Of a stretch of 61,297 bases of DNA, positions 42,709 to 53,900 are shown in pieces. The stretch spans positions 1 through 61,297 of IMG/VR virus record IMGVR_UViG_3300033153_004916; one strand, 5' to 3'. A program made the translations under genes and the position numbers. The notes below the pieces were generated by a model. The model had not been told where the DNA came from and made no database searches. It saw only the letters and a program-made list of their open reading frames with translations. Within the stretch, counting starts at the first letter, position 1. Each line of letters opens with the position of its first letter. This stretch comes from a virus (taxonomy: Duplodnaviria; Caudoviricetes).

Positions 42709-45184
42709 CATTTCTGGTCCACTAACAGCGATAAGCAATAGCGTTGCTAATAAGCAAAAAATGATGCTTTCTCGTGTAAATGCCAATACAAAAGCTTATA
42801 CAAAGGCGCAAGTCAAAAATTTTAATACTTATATTTCTGAGATGAAGGCTTCTCGTAAACGTATGACAAGTGATATGCTCAACCAATATACAACAGAGCA
42901 TAAAGGTACACTACAGCGTTTAAGAGGAGCGAAAATTCTAAATGCTAGCACAGCCGTTTCTGATGGATTGATGCGCGGATTTGTTTCTACTATGAAATTA
43001 TCTGCGGGCGCAGCAATCGGGATGGGAACAGCATTTCTAGGTCTCGCGAAGATGATTGGTCCTGTATCAGAAAAGCTTGCTGGAATGGCGGCGATTACAC
43101 AGAGATCGGTTTCCTATATATATGGAACACTCGGAGTTACACTGAGATCGATGATGAAACAGTTTCCGAAGAGCGCTGGAGAAATGTCGGAAGCGTTGCG
43201 TGTTTTATCTCAGGCGGGTTTGGACGTTAATGAAGTTAATACTGCTGCGATTCCGATTATGAATTTGTCCGTCGCTACGATGAGCGATTTCGCATCCACG
43301 TCGGCATTGGTTGTTCGTGTGATTAAAGCGATGCGTATGGAAATGGATGGCGTCGAGCACGTTACAAACGTACTTACATTTGCAGTTAACAATTCGGTTT
43401 CTACAATTCAGACTCTAGCCGATTCTCTTAAGTTCGCTATGCCTGTTGCTAACCAGTTGGGTATGACCATTGAGGATCTTACTGCGGGTATGATGATATT
43501 GCAGAATGCTGGTCTAGAAGCCGGTATCGCTGGACGTTCTTTACAGAGAGCGTTACAGAAATTGGTTAACCCATCTTCAAAAGCGACTGCAATTATGTCG
43601 AAATATGGAATGGAGATTCTCGATGCTAATGGTGAAATTAAAGATATGGTTTCATTGGTTCAAGAATTGGAAGGTATATATGATTCGTCGAGTGATGCGC
43701 TAGAAGCTATGAATGAAAATATGGATGAGTCGATTACTAAATTCCAGACGGCTGCGGATTTCGCAGAATTGTTTGGTATTCGTGGTGGTCGAGCTATGGC
43801 TAACTTAATTGGAAAGTCTGGTGAGATGAAAGAATTTAGAACCGCCATGATTGATGATGTTGCTAAGTCCTCTCAGCAGGCTACAACTGCTATGGAAAAT
43901 ATCAATTCGCAGATGAGTATTCTTAAGAATTCGTTTATGTCGACCATTCTTACTACACAAGATTTTAATAATGCGTTCTTAAGAATGGCGGACAGACTTG
44001 CGCCAAAGATGGAAAAATTGGGCGAAACCTTTTCAGCACTAGCTGTGAAGTTCTTTGATCGATTTGCCGAGAGTGATTTTACTGACCGATTGATTGGTGT
44101 ATTTGAAAAACTCATGGGACTTGTGGATAAGTTCTTGCCGCGAATCGTTGAACTTGGTGAATATTTCGCATCGCTCGCAGAAACATTCATGGGACTCGCA
44201 TCAGCTGGCGATGGATTTGGAGCCAAATTGGCGATTGCTAATAAAATGACTGGTGCATCATCTATTGCGACTCAGCGTCTTAATAATAACATGATGATTA
44301 ACGGACAAATGATTCAGGCAAATGTTGGATATTATGGACATATGCATGGAATACAAAATCAAGTAATTCAAGATTATGAAAAAGATATTAAAACTACTGA
44401 TATGGCAATTGCAACAAATAAAGGAATGATTAATTCAAAAAAGGATACAATACAATTAAATAAAGATGCGGGCGTTCAAAATGCTGGACATATGCGCAGT
44501 CTTGCAAGATTGACAAGAAAAGAAGCGGATTTAAATAATACACGAAAAGATCAGATACGATTATCTAATAAAGCGTTTATTGGAAGAGAAGAAGCAAAAA
44601 AGGGACTCGAAGATTATACAGGCGCGCAAATGCGAATGAATCGTAGTATGATTGGCGCCTCCGCCGTTATGGGATCCGTACAAGCCGGTATGCAAACACT
44701 TATAGGAACGACAGCTATGTATGCTGCTGGAAATAAAAAGATCGCTTTGGGTATGGCCGCAATTCAGGGAGTAATGATGGGACTGGCGCTCACTCAGCAA
44801 TTATTGGCTGCCAGTTGGATATCGGCCGATGCTGCAAAAACATTTGGTATTGGTGCGGTAATAGCTATTCCAGCTTTACTTGCTGGGTTAACATATGCCT
44901 TTGGGGAAAATCAGCGCAATGCTACAGCAGAAATGGAAAACGCGCGTGATAGTGTAAGTCGTGTAGCGATACCCGCTCTTGCAGAAGGTGGAATAGTTAC
45001 GAAGCCAACTATAGCACTTATTGGAGAAGCTGGCCCAGAAATGGTCACGCCTCTAAGTGATGCTGGTGCGCCAATGAGTATCCATATCGATATGTCTAAT
45101 TCGATTATCACAGAAACATCAATTCAAGAACTGGAGAATCGCCTTGAAAGAACAATAGCCGAAAAATGGGGTGCTAGATTATGA
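42623..45184 (+). CDS. Tape measure protein (TP901-type core)
   Basis: LADSLKFAMPVANQLGMTIEDL..AGLEAGIAGRSL; C-terminal LAEGGIVTKPTIALIGEAGPE. Confidence 0.92.
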   Translation: MAMMGSMARGAGGTTAGLRTALAVTAVDNISGPLTAISNSVANKQKMMLSRVNANTKAYTKAQVKNFNTYISEMKASRKRMTSDMLNQYTTEHKGTLQRLRGAKILNASTAVSDGLMRGFVSTMKLSAGAAIGMGTAFLGLAKMIGPVSEKLAGMAAITQRSVSYIYGTLGVTLRSMMKQFPKSAGEMSEALRVLSQAGLDVNEVNTAAIPIMNLSVATMSDFASTSALVVRVIKAMRMEMDGVEHVTNVLTFAVNNSVSTIQTLADSLKFAMPVANQLGMTIEDLTAGMMILQNAGLEAGIAGRSLQRALQKLVNPSSKATAIMSKYGMEILDANGEIKDMVSLVQELEGIYDSSSDALEAMNENMDESITKFQTAADFAELFGIRGGRAMANLIGKSGEMKEFRTAMIDDVAKSSQQATTAMENINSQMSILKNSFMSTILTTQDFNNAFLRMADRLAPKMEKLGETFSALAVKFFDRFAESDFTDRLIGVFEKLMGLVDKFLPRIVELGEYFASLAETFMGLASAGDGFGAKLAIANKMTGASSIATQRLNNNMMINGQMIQANVGYYGHMHGIQNQVIQDYEKDIKTTDMAIATNKGMINSKKDTIQLNKDAGVQNAGHMRSLARLTRKEADLNNTRKDQIRLSNKAFIGREEAKKGLEDYTGAQMRMNRSMIGASAVMGSVQAGMQTLIGTTAMYAAGNKKIALGMAAIQGVMMGLALTQQLLAASWISADAAKTFGIGAVIAIPALLAGLTYAFGENQRNATAEMENARDSVSRVAIPALAEGGIVTKPTIALIGEAGPEMVTPLSDAGAPMSIHIDMSNSIITETSIQELENRLERTIAEKWGARL

Positions 45185-48100
45185 CGACAACAGCAATGCC
45201 ACGTATTTATAATTCACAAGAATATATAAGATATCTAATAGAAACAGATAACATGAACGCTCATCATATTACTGTTCAAGAAGAGACGGCGCCGAGCGTT
45301 TTTCGTGATATAGACGATGATGTTTTGATGCTTCTGAATGACGACACAGATGGATATTATTGTAACTTTATTGATACAAATTCGCGTTCGTCGAATCTCA
45401 AGTTCATAGTTAAAAATATTAGCGACGTGGAACTCGAATCAGTGATTACAGCGGATTCATATGGAGAATCGTTTTTATGGGTATCTCGTATGAATGCGCC
45501 ATATATAGTTAATGCATATGGTGGCGCTGGTACGCACACTTTTGCTATTTCTATTCCAGGCGATATAGAAACGTCTACGTCCACTGGGACATTCACGGGC
45601 AAACTAAATTCAGGAGAATTCAAATATAGAAGAGTCGGCGATACTATTTGGAGTAATATTGCATTATCTCTTGTGTCTAAAGATTTAGAAACCGGATTAG
45701 ATGGGCTTATATATACGACATTCGAGTCTAATGATGTCCCAATCGTACCTGGGACATATGAATTTTATGTTGATTTGACATTTGAACATCTAATATTTGG
45801 CGATATTCATATTATTACATCAGAGACCGGGAAAACAATTGTTAGTCATATGGGATACTCGTCTTCGTATATAACTGCTGATTATACATATGATAGTTCA
45901 CGTAGTGGTGCCGAAGTCCGATTTCAACTATCCGCATATCCCGAAGGTGGTGCCGATGGCACTGGAATATGTCTAGCAATCGATTTGGCAGAATATGATT
46001 TACATTATGATGGCGGCGCGATTACTCTCGAGGATTTTGTTTCTGTGTATTGTTCGGCGAGTGCTGTCACTAAACGTTTCGAAGTTGACAAAGCAGATAT
46101 AGTGTCGGCATTATCACTTGGTGCAATAAGTGGATATGATTATAAGCCAATTTTAATTTTATTTGGATTTCAATTTCCCGATGGGCATACTGACTTCTTT
46201 CACAGTCTGAATCCGCTTTTTTGGGACGGTTCGGACTTTATTGGATTAGATGATACTGGCACGGTTATTATACCTGGCGATGAAATATTATATGGATATC
46301 TTGATGGGACTTCTATTTATAAAGATTCCGCATCGAATATAGATTTTTCCTCTGAACCTCTTGGAGCATGGGGAAGTGCTGTCGATTTTCGTGCCCAAGG
46401 ACAAGATTCGTCTAAATACGTTTTTAATGATCCAGTCGATGGTTCAGTTAGTCGTTATATTGTAGACACGAAATTTTATAATTGTACATCGCCATTACCA
46501 GCATGGATGAATACAACTGGCGGAGGTGCCATTTTTACAAGTGCTAAATATTATTCCCCGCCGACTTCTCTAAGAACAATAAATGTCACACTTGATTATA
46601 ATATCGAATTGCCTGTTATAGAAGGTGCTATAGAATTTTATTTGCAAACAAGTATTTATCCAAATGCCGCTATTCATATTGTTCGCGATTCGGATTCTGC
46701 TGTTTTGGGTGGAATAGGAATTGTAGCACCGGCTCTTACTTGGATACATATATATTCTTCGATATATGTTAAAAATGGGAATAGATATTTAATTGTAGAA
46801 GCATATGATTTAAGTGAGAATTTTCTTTTTGGTAATAGAAGTCTTTTATCCGATTCTTCTTCGTCTGCGAAATTCAGACTTGTTAATTATCAGAGTGGGG
46901 CATCATATTGGGATAATATCACATTTTATGAATTAAAAACCGAATCGATTTTTGCCCCAATATCTATTGAAACATATCAGGATGCTGCTAATATGGGAAA
47001 AATTCGTAGTAGCCAATCAAACGGCGATCCTATAGTTGTAGAATATTATAATGGTAGTATATGGAAACCATTTGCTATTTATGTTCATTCTGATATCGAA
47101 TGGGGCGAACCAATTGCACAAAGTGGTGGGAGCGATTGGGGTCATAAACTTCGAACACAGTTTTATTCATTTGATAATCAGAATATTGCTAAAATCTCAC
47201 CATTGAGTATTTTCGACATGAAAAATTGGCTTTCCATTGCCGATCCGACTGGGTTATCTAATTATATCGATTGGACAACGCGGACGTTTTCTATGTCTAT
47301 TGAAAGTAGTACCGATTTGAATCAGCAATTTTTAATTCCATATTCTTGGCTTAAATATGATGATTTAATTTATGATTTAAAACGCGATGGTTCATTTGTT
47401 GAACAAACCGACAATCTTCCAATAACTATACAGAATCAGCACGCATTTTATAATTTAAATGTTCCGAGCGTATACACAACAAAAATCTTCAAAGCAGATT
47501 TGCCCGATATATGCATTCCATTTATTCCCATACCAGAAGATGATATATATCGAATTGGGGATGCAGCGATTCCCACAGCAGCATATGAATCAGATGTGGC
47601 CGCGATGAATACTACAAACAACGCTTTAGCGTTGCACTCAAAATATTTCTTTGAATTGTTATTGGGTACAAATGGATTAATCGACAATCAACAGAGTATT
47701 GCTCAACCATATGTATCACCTATAGGTATCGATTCATCTGGGAATATTACAGTTGGTACTTCAAAATTAGCCGACGCTAATGTATCTCCTGTGATATCTT
47801 TAATGAATGCAGAAGATAATTTTGTTAATGTGACATATTATGGTATATCAGCTATCGAATTAGATTGCGATGGCTTAGATCAACCAAATGTGATGAATGA
47901 TTTTATAGTTGGTGGAAACTTTATTGGTTATAGTCGAATCGGATCGGAGAACATAATACAAGCTATAACATCGATAAGCACGGCTCCTTTCCCATTTGGA
48001 GAGATATCTATTACTCCGACACTAATTGATACCTATGGACACGATGATGCCGTAGGAAGCGCCGTAGACATCATTAATAGGAACATAGTAGATCCTACAC

Positions 48101-49119
48101 AGATTGATATAGAAATTTTATATGTCGATGGACACACGCTAATTTATGCATATGACAATACAGGCAATAGAAGCACTCTTGAAATTTGGATTGATGGAAT
48201 AATGGTCGATTCTTCTGATGAAGGATGGATATCACATGTCGTACGCATACCATTTGGCGAAATTAAACCACTAACAATATTCTTAAAAGATGAAGATCCA
48301 GAGTTATTACTTTCGAAGAACCGAAGTATATACACAAAATATCTTGTTAAAATTAGCGACGCGAACTTCGAACCTATAATATATACAGATCCAAATACAC
48401 TTACAGCATATACAGAGGATGCGCATACTGTTAAAGCGGATTTGCATTTAGCTAATGGATACGAAATACTCGCGACTGAAGCTTTGCATGTATTTGATTG
48501 GGATGAAATATATTTTGTTGAATACAATAATACGACTGGTCATTTTGAATCATTGGTAAGTAATTATGTAGATAATATATATGAAATAGAAATGGGACCA
48601 AATGCGTATAATGAACTTAAAACAGAAGATAAGAAAATTGCTCCAGAAATTAATAATATGTGGGTATTAGGAACAATTACAGATGGATTTGCTTTTACAA
48701 ATGGCGACTTTAAAGATTTTACCATGCCTCATGTGGTCATTTCTATACCAGATAAAATTGGTTTGCCACCAGAAGAAATTATCGATGCTAATATATATTT
48801 GCCGGTCAATGTTCATATTGATGAAGACTGGAATGCTATATTTACACCGGGTATATCTACAATTGAATTTTATCCCGTAACTAATAATATTAAGGGTGCC
48901 ATAATTGGTAGTGCTATACCTATAACAACCGGAATTCGAAATCTTTATATACGAGAAGTTAAAATATTAACACGGGCTGATATGATTCAAGTCGCTCCCG
49001 CTCCTAATCCCGGAGAACCCGTCGATTATATACTTACTAAAATTACGGTATATATTGAGGGCGAAGGAAGTAAGACATGGGAAATACTTAGTGGCGTATG
49101 CAAGGAAGTGCCAACATGA
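45181..49119 (+). CDS. Large tail/baseplate protein
   Basis: 1312 aa, acidic and beta-rich, follows tape measure gene. Confidence 0.7.
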   Translation: MTTTAMPRIYNSQEYIRYLIETDNMNAHHITVQEETAPSVFRDIDDDVLMLLNDDTDGYYCNFIDTNSRSSNLKFIVKNISDVELESVITADSYGESFLWVSRMNAPYIVNAYGGAGTHTFAISIPGDIETSTSTGTFTGKLNSGEFKYRRVGDTIWSNIALSLVSKDLETGLDGLIYTTFESNDVPIVPGTYEFYVDLTFEHLIFGDIHIITSETGKTIVSHMGYSSSYITADYTYDSSRSGAEVRFQLSAYPEGGADGTGICLAIDLAEYDLHYDGGAITLEDFVSVYCSASAVTKRFEVDKADIVSALSLGAISGYDYKPILILFGFQFPDGHTDFFHSLNPLFWDGSDFIGLDDTGTVIIPGDEILYGYLDGTSIYKDSASNIDFSSEPLGAWGSAVDFRAQGQDSSKYVFNDPVDGSVSRYIVDTKFYNCTSPLPAWMNTTGGGAIFTSAKYYSPPTSLRTINVTLDYNIELPVIEGAIEFYLQTSIYPNAAIHIVRDSDSAVLGGIGIVAPALTWIHIYSSIYVKNGNRYLIVEAYDLSENFLFGNRSLLSDSSSSAKFRLVNYQSGASYWDNITFYELKTESIFAPISIETYQDAANMGKIRSSQSNGDPIVVEYYNGSIWKPFAIYVHSDIEWGEPIAQSGGSDWGHKLRTQFYSFDNQNIAKISPLSIFDMKNWLSIADPTGLSNYIDWTTRTFSMSIESSTDLNQQFLIPYSWLKYDDLIYDLKRDGSFVEQTDNLPITIQNQHAFYNLNVPSVYTTKIFKADLPDICIPFIPIPEDDIYRIGDAAIPTAAYESDVAAMNTTNNALALHSKYFFELLLGTNGLIDNQQSIAQPYVSPIGIDSSGNITVGTSKLADANVSPVISLMNAEDNFVNVTYYGISAIELDCDGLDQPNVMNDFIVGGNFIGYSRIGSENIIQAITSISTAPFPFGEISITPTLIDTYGHDDAVGSAVDIINRNIVDPTQIDIEILYVDGHTLIYAYDNTGNRSTLEIWIDGIMVDSSDEGWISHVVRIPFGEIKPLTIFLKDEDPELLLSKNRSIYTKYLVKISDANFEPIIYTDPNTLTAYTEDAHTVKADLHLANGYEILATEALHVFDWDEIYFVEYNNTTGHFESLVSNYVDNIYEIEMGPNAYNELKTEDKKIAPEINNMWVLGTITDGFAFTNGDFKDFTMPHVVISIPDKIGLPPEEIIDANIYLPVNVHIDEDWNAIFTPGISTIEFYPVTNNIKGAIIGSAIPITTGIRNLYIREVKILTRADMIQVAPAPNPGEPVDYILTKITVYIEGEGSKTWEILSGVCKEVPT

Positions 49120-50993
49120 CCGATAATATAACATTTGTATATCACGGATCGCGACCAGTTCCGGTCGGTTCAGAAGGAGATGAGGGACAGATAGTAATGT
49201 CGTATTTAGACGATGCTGTCGAATATTATGTGCCACATACTTCTACTGATAACATTCCTACGCCTTTGCCCATATCATCTAATGTGAGTGTTGAAGGTGG
49301 TCCTGAATACGAAAGAATTAATTACGATGCATATTTAAACGATAGTGACGAACTACGTGAGATGTCTCGATTAAATAGAAAATCACACGAACCATTTCAG
49401 ATACAGTTTACAGTTGATGATAAATATACAGATACATATCAAATATTATTGTGGCTTTATTTGTCCGAAATAGCTGTAAAGTTATCGTTTTTAAAATATG
49501 GAACAGCTGTACCATTTTATTTAATAAGTGGTGTTGATGGCATTGAGGGTACAGATAAAGATACTCTATTTTTCTTATCATACGATTTTAGAATAACAAA
49601 ATTGGCGATTTCCAAATCCGCAGAAAATGAATTCAATGAAATACGAATATCGTTAGAACAGATCGTAGTGGATGAATCTCTAGAAGATGGATATAATTTC
49701 GCGACTGGGATATCAATGCTTGTGCCTATTCAGGCAACTCCTGGAACTTATCATTATGTACCATTGCGCGAAAGTAATGGAAGTATCATTTCTTTAGACA
49801 CAACAGAGATTAATGGATTGGAACATCATTATGATGTTGATAATTATGGAAATCTTGTTCCGCTCTTTTCGAGACGCGAACCAGTCCCGTTTAAAGCTGA
49901 TATATGGATAACTAATGATATATATGAGTCACATTATACAACATGGGAGGATTTATTAGAAGCATATAATAATCCAATTACTGCTAATCGATTAAAAATT
50001 GCTCTCAAAAGAGGAGACGAATTATCAGAAACATTTTTCAAGATAATTAAAATAGATGGGTTTACTAATGTTGCCGACGGAATACGCGCTTCTGTCACAT
50101 TAGTTGAAGATCTTACACAAGATGTGAGCGAACTCGATATCAATAGATTAGACTTTATTGATCCGGCAGTAAATATACCTGTCAATATTCTCGGCGATTT
50201 CACAGAGGCGTATTCTGTTGATACTAAAACAATAGATACTGGTGCTGTCGAATATGTTGTTAAACGATCTACAAAACGAGCAATAGAGAATATTCATATT
50301 TTCTTGTCTGCTACTGATTATGCTTTATTGACACCAGAAATAGGAAACGAAATGAAATTCACAAAAGATGGAACAGATAGATTAGATGGTGACATATTTA
50401 TTCTTTCTGAAATATCTGGTATGTATATGCATGGCGTTTCTGGAACTGTCGAATGTAATCTTACATTCGTCCGAAAAATATCAAATGCTGGCGATATTGA
50501 TAGCGACGAAAATGAAGTATATCAAATTATAATATCACCAAATAGCGGAGCGACTTGGTATTATTTCAATGGAACGGCATGGGTTACCTGGACTACTGGC
50601 AATTTGGATCCTTTAAGTGACGATGGTATATATGCCAAAAGTGTCCCTGTGAAGATTAAAAAGCGTATATCTACCCGCAAAACAAATTATAGTCGGAGTG
50701 TAATTGAATCGTATGGCCGTGAGAACTTTAATCCATCTTTGAAAATTCATGTTCCACTCGATTTGGATGCTTTCTGGAATGGCGCTATCAGCGAGGCATT
50801 TTCGCTTGGATGGACAATTCGAATATTATCCGGCGTAGGAACACCAACAAGTGCTCCGCGGTTAGATTTAACAGTTGGTAGTGTATTTGAATTAGACGAC
50901 TTTATAATCGGAGATATCGATTTGAGCAGAGAATATGATTTAAAAATAGTCAATTTGTCTTTACTTGAAAGAGGAAACTGGGGAACTGTATAA
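49116..50993 (+). CDS. Tail protein
   Basis: About 625 aa, ATGA overlap. Confidence 0.7.
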   Translation: MTDNITFVYHGSRPVPVGSEGDEGQIVMSYLDDAVEYYVPHTSTDNIPTPLPISSNVSVEGGPEYERINYDAYLNDSDELREMSRLNRKSHEPFQIQFTVDDKYTDTYQILLWLYLSEIAVKLSFLKYGTAVPFYLISGVDGIEGTDKDTLFFLSYDFRITKLAISKSAENEFNEIRISLEQIVVDESLEDGYNFATGISMLVPIQATPGTYHYVPLRESNGSIISLDTTEINGLEHHYDVDNYGNLVPLFSRREPVPFKADIWITNDIYESHYTTWEDLLEAYNNPITANRLKIALKRGDELSETFFKIIKIDGFTNVADGIRASVTLVEDLTQDVSELDINRLDFIDPAVNIPVNILGDFTEAYSVDTKTIDTGAVEYVVKRSTKRAIENIHIFLSATDYALLTPEIGNEMKFTKDGTDRLDGDIFILSEISGMYMHGVSGTVECNLTFVRKISNAGDIDSDENEVYQIIISPNSGATWYYFNGTAWVTWTTGNLDPLSDDGIYAKSVPVKIKKRISTRKTNYSRSVIESYGRENFNPSLKIHVPLDLDAFWNGAISEAFSLGWTIRILSGVGTPTSAPRLDLTVGSVFELDDFIIGDIDLSREYDLKIVNLSLLERGNWGTV

Positions 50994-53900
50994 TGTTGAA
51001 AGTATATGTTGGTCCACCGCAACCTGCGCGAAATTTATTTGGAGTAGAATTAGATGAATACTTTATAGAAGCCGAAGAGGACTATTTATATTCATTCAAT
51101 TTTTCAAGAAAACCCGATGGCGGAAGCGGTTCAGTAATTTTCAATCAGCGATATGAAGATATTTTAGGTCGTTCTATCACAAAGGGTGACCTTATTATAA
51201 TTATCGACGAAGGCCCAAAAAACGATTATGCAATAGGTAGCGATGGCGCTATTTGTGCAATGATTACATCTGTAGCTAAAACGCGCGAAAATATTACTAT
51301 GACATTTGAGACACCGATGCGATTAGTTATGAAACATAGTATCACTTCTATATTTGATAACGGGAATCAGATTCACGATTATGAGTTAATTATAGCTAAC
51401 CTTAAAAATTCAACAACTACCGAACCGATCGAATCTTCGCGCGCGATGCTTTCATTACGTGATGCGGTTATGCATGTGGTTTACAACAAGTCGATATTTG
51501 GTAGTATATTCCAACCATCATGTTCGAGCGATTCGTCGTTTCAGATTGTTGCACAATATGTGGCAAACTCATCGGAGTTTGCGGATGTGTGGAATGCGAT
51601 TCGATTAGATAATATAAATATACACGAGGAACAGACCAAAATTGTAGATTCGAGTCGGACATATATCCAGACGGATTTCGTTATATCCAATTTAGATACA
51701 AAGTTAGATACGACGGCGCTAGATGTGGGTGATCCCAATTATCCATATTATACATTTATTGATCGTCCAATAACTGGAACTGTGGGTATTACAGATTATT
51801 TTGGTGGCGCATTGTCGAGTATAGATCCAGTCACAACAAAATATGATGAGATTGTCCTGAAATTCAAATCGCAGATACTTAAATATAGAATCAATGACCA
51901 GACTATTTATCCTACACGCATAGAAATAGATATGTCTGATATATCAGAAGAGTATGTGATATCGATTGTCGATTCGGTCAAACGTATGGGTAAAATCGAT
52001 TCTTATAATGGAAACATATCAGCTGCCCTAAATTATGGAATGAACGCACTTCTGTTTAATATTCACGATGTATTATATATTGATAGTGCAGATTTTGATA
52101 TTTATAATCCGGCAACTATCGATAAATATTTTATAATCGATTCGATAGATATTTCTGGATTTGAGCCGTCTATCACATTTTCTATTAAAAATTATTCTAT
52201 TAATATCGACCAGACAGAGGAGTTCCTCAAGAAGTTACGTCCCTCAACTGACAAAGCATCCACTGTAACAGAAACGAGTGAACTTATTGATTTAGAAATC
52301 GATGTAGATATTTCATGTGAGGCATATACATTTGATTTTAGTCTAGAGTCCGGTCCAATATTCAGAGAATCGAAAATATCCGGCGAATTGCCTGGATACG
52401 ATATCCCAAGTATGACATTATTCGAAAATTGGGATCCTGTTATTAATTCGCAGATGTTTGTTAGCGAATATTATTCACACGATGCTATTTATCAATACAA
52501 ATATAATGAAGATAAAAATGTGTATGCATTAAAAGAATATACTCTGGAAAATCTATCTGATGACGCACTGGATATATTTGAAACTGTTATATCCAAAATG
52601 GCTAATGGGTTTTCTATTATGAGCACATCTCTTAGTAGTCGTGGTGATGATACAACTAATAAGTATTATACTTATGTTGGCGTAGAGATAGGATTGAATA
52701 TGGACGACCCCGCTTATAAACTAGGCGATTCGTATCCTGTGTTATCACTTCGTTTAGCAGATATTATTAACCGTGGAATTGAATTCATGGTTACGAGTCC
52801 GCAAATTTTGCCTGGTCATGGTGAAATATATGACGAATTTAGGTATAACGGAGCATGGCGTTCAATTAATATTGGCGAAGAAGAAAATCTTTTGATTAAC
52901 ACAAGTAGTTATCCTGTAAGTTTAACAAATGCGGTATGGATATATTTTAGAACTATACATCCTGATGGAATCAATGCTTCTATTAAAGATATCAAATTAT
53001 TTGCTTCCGGAGTAAAAGATACTAGTGGTCCATATTTAACAAGATATCCCGATTCTGAATTGGCAATTAAAAGCGCATTTGATAATTCTATTTTGCTTTT
53101 AGCCGATGAATCGGTTACAAAATATGGTACGTATACAGCTACTGGACAAAAAATAAATAATGAGCATCCTATACAATATAAAGATTTGCGCGATGGAACT
53201 ATTTTCATGTCTCACAATTATTATGGATATGAATTAGAAGACCCTTTTCATGGATCACATACTATTAAAAAATATTTATTTACAAAGGCGAATAGAGAAG
53301 GTGTGATTTGTAGTACATCGGACCCATATGCCGATTATGGGCAGAGTTTTGGAAATTATTATCTTGATCTTGGTAGTTGGGCGACATCTCCCGCTAAAAT
53401 CAAAGTTGACGGGTTTCATTTGTCTAAATTCTGGCCAGGGATGCAATTTCTTGTTAAAGCTATAGGTGTAGACCAACTTTTTACAGTTGCTTCAACACCA
53501 GATATATCATATAACTCTGGTACACAACGAACAGAAATTCCCGTTGTCGAAGCTATACCAGGAGGGATCGGACTTCCTGGATATGCTTATATCGAAAGTG
53601 GAATGGTTAATAATTTTGATTATGAAGAAACGGCTATCGATATAATTAATAAAACCGCGGTAATATCCAGCAATTATCTTCCAGGATTTGATAATGACGA
53701 TACATTAGTTATTCCAACTATTGCGTATCGCCCCAATGCTATTTTGCCATTTAGCGATTTGTTATTAGATATGGATGATATCGATATTGGATATGGATCA
53801 TTTGTGGACCGCGGAATTCCAATGCGATTCAAAACGGTTCTAACAGAAAATGATTTATGGAAAGTCGAAGAAATTAAAGTTAAAGATGAATTAGATGGAG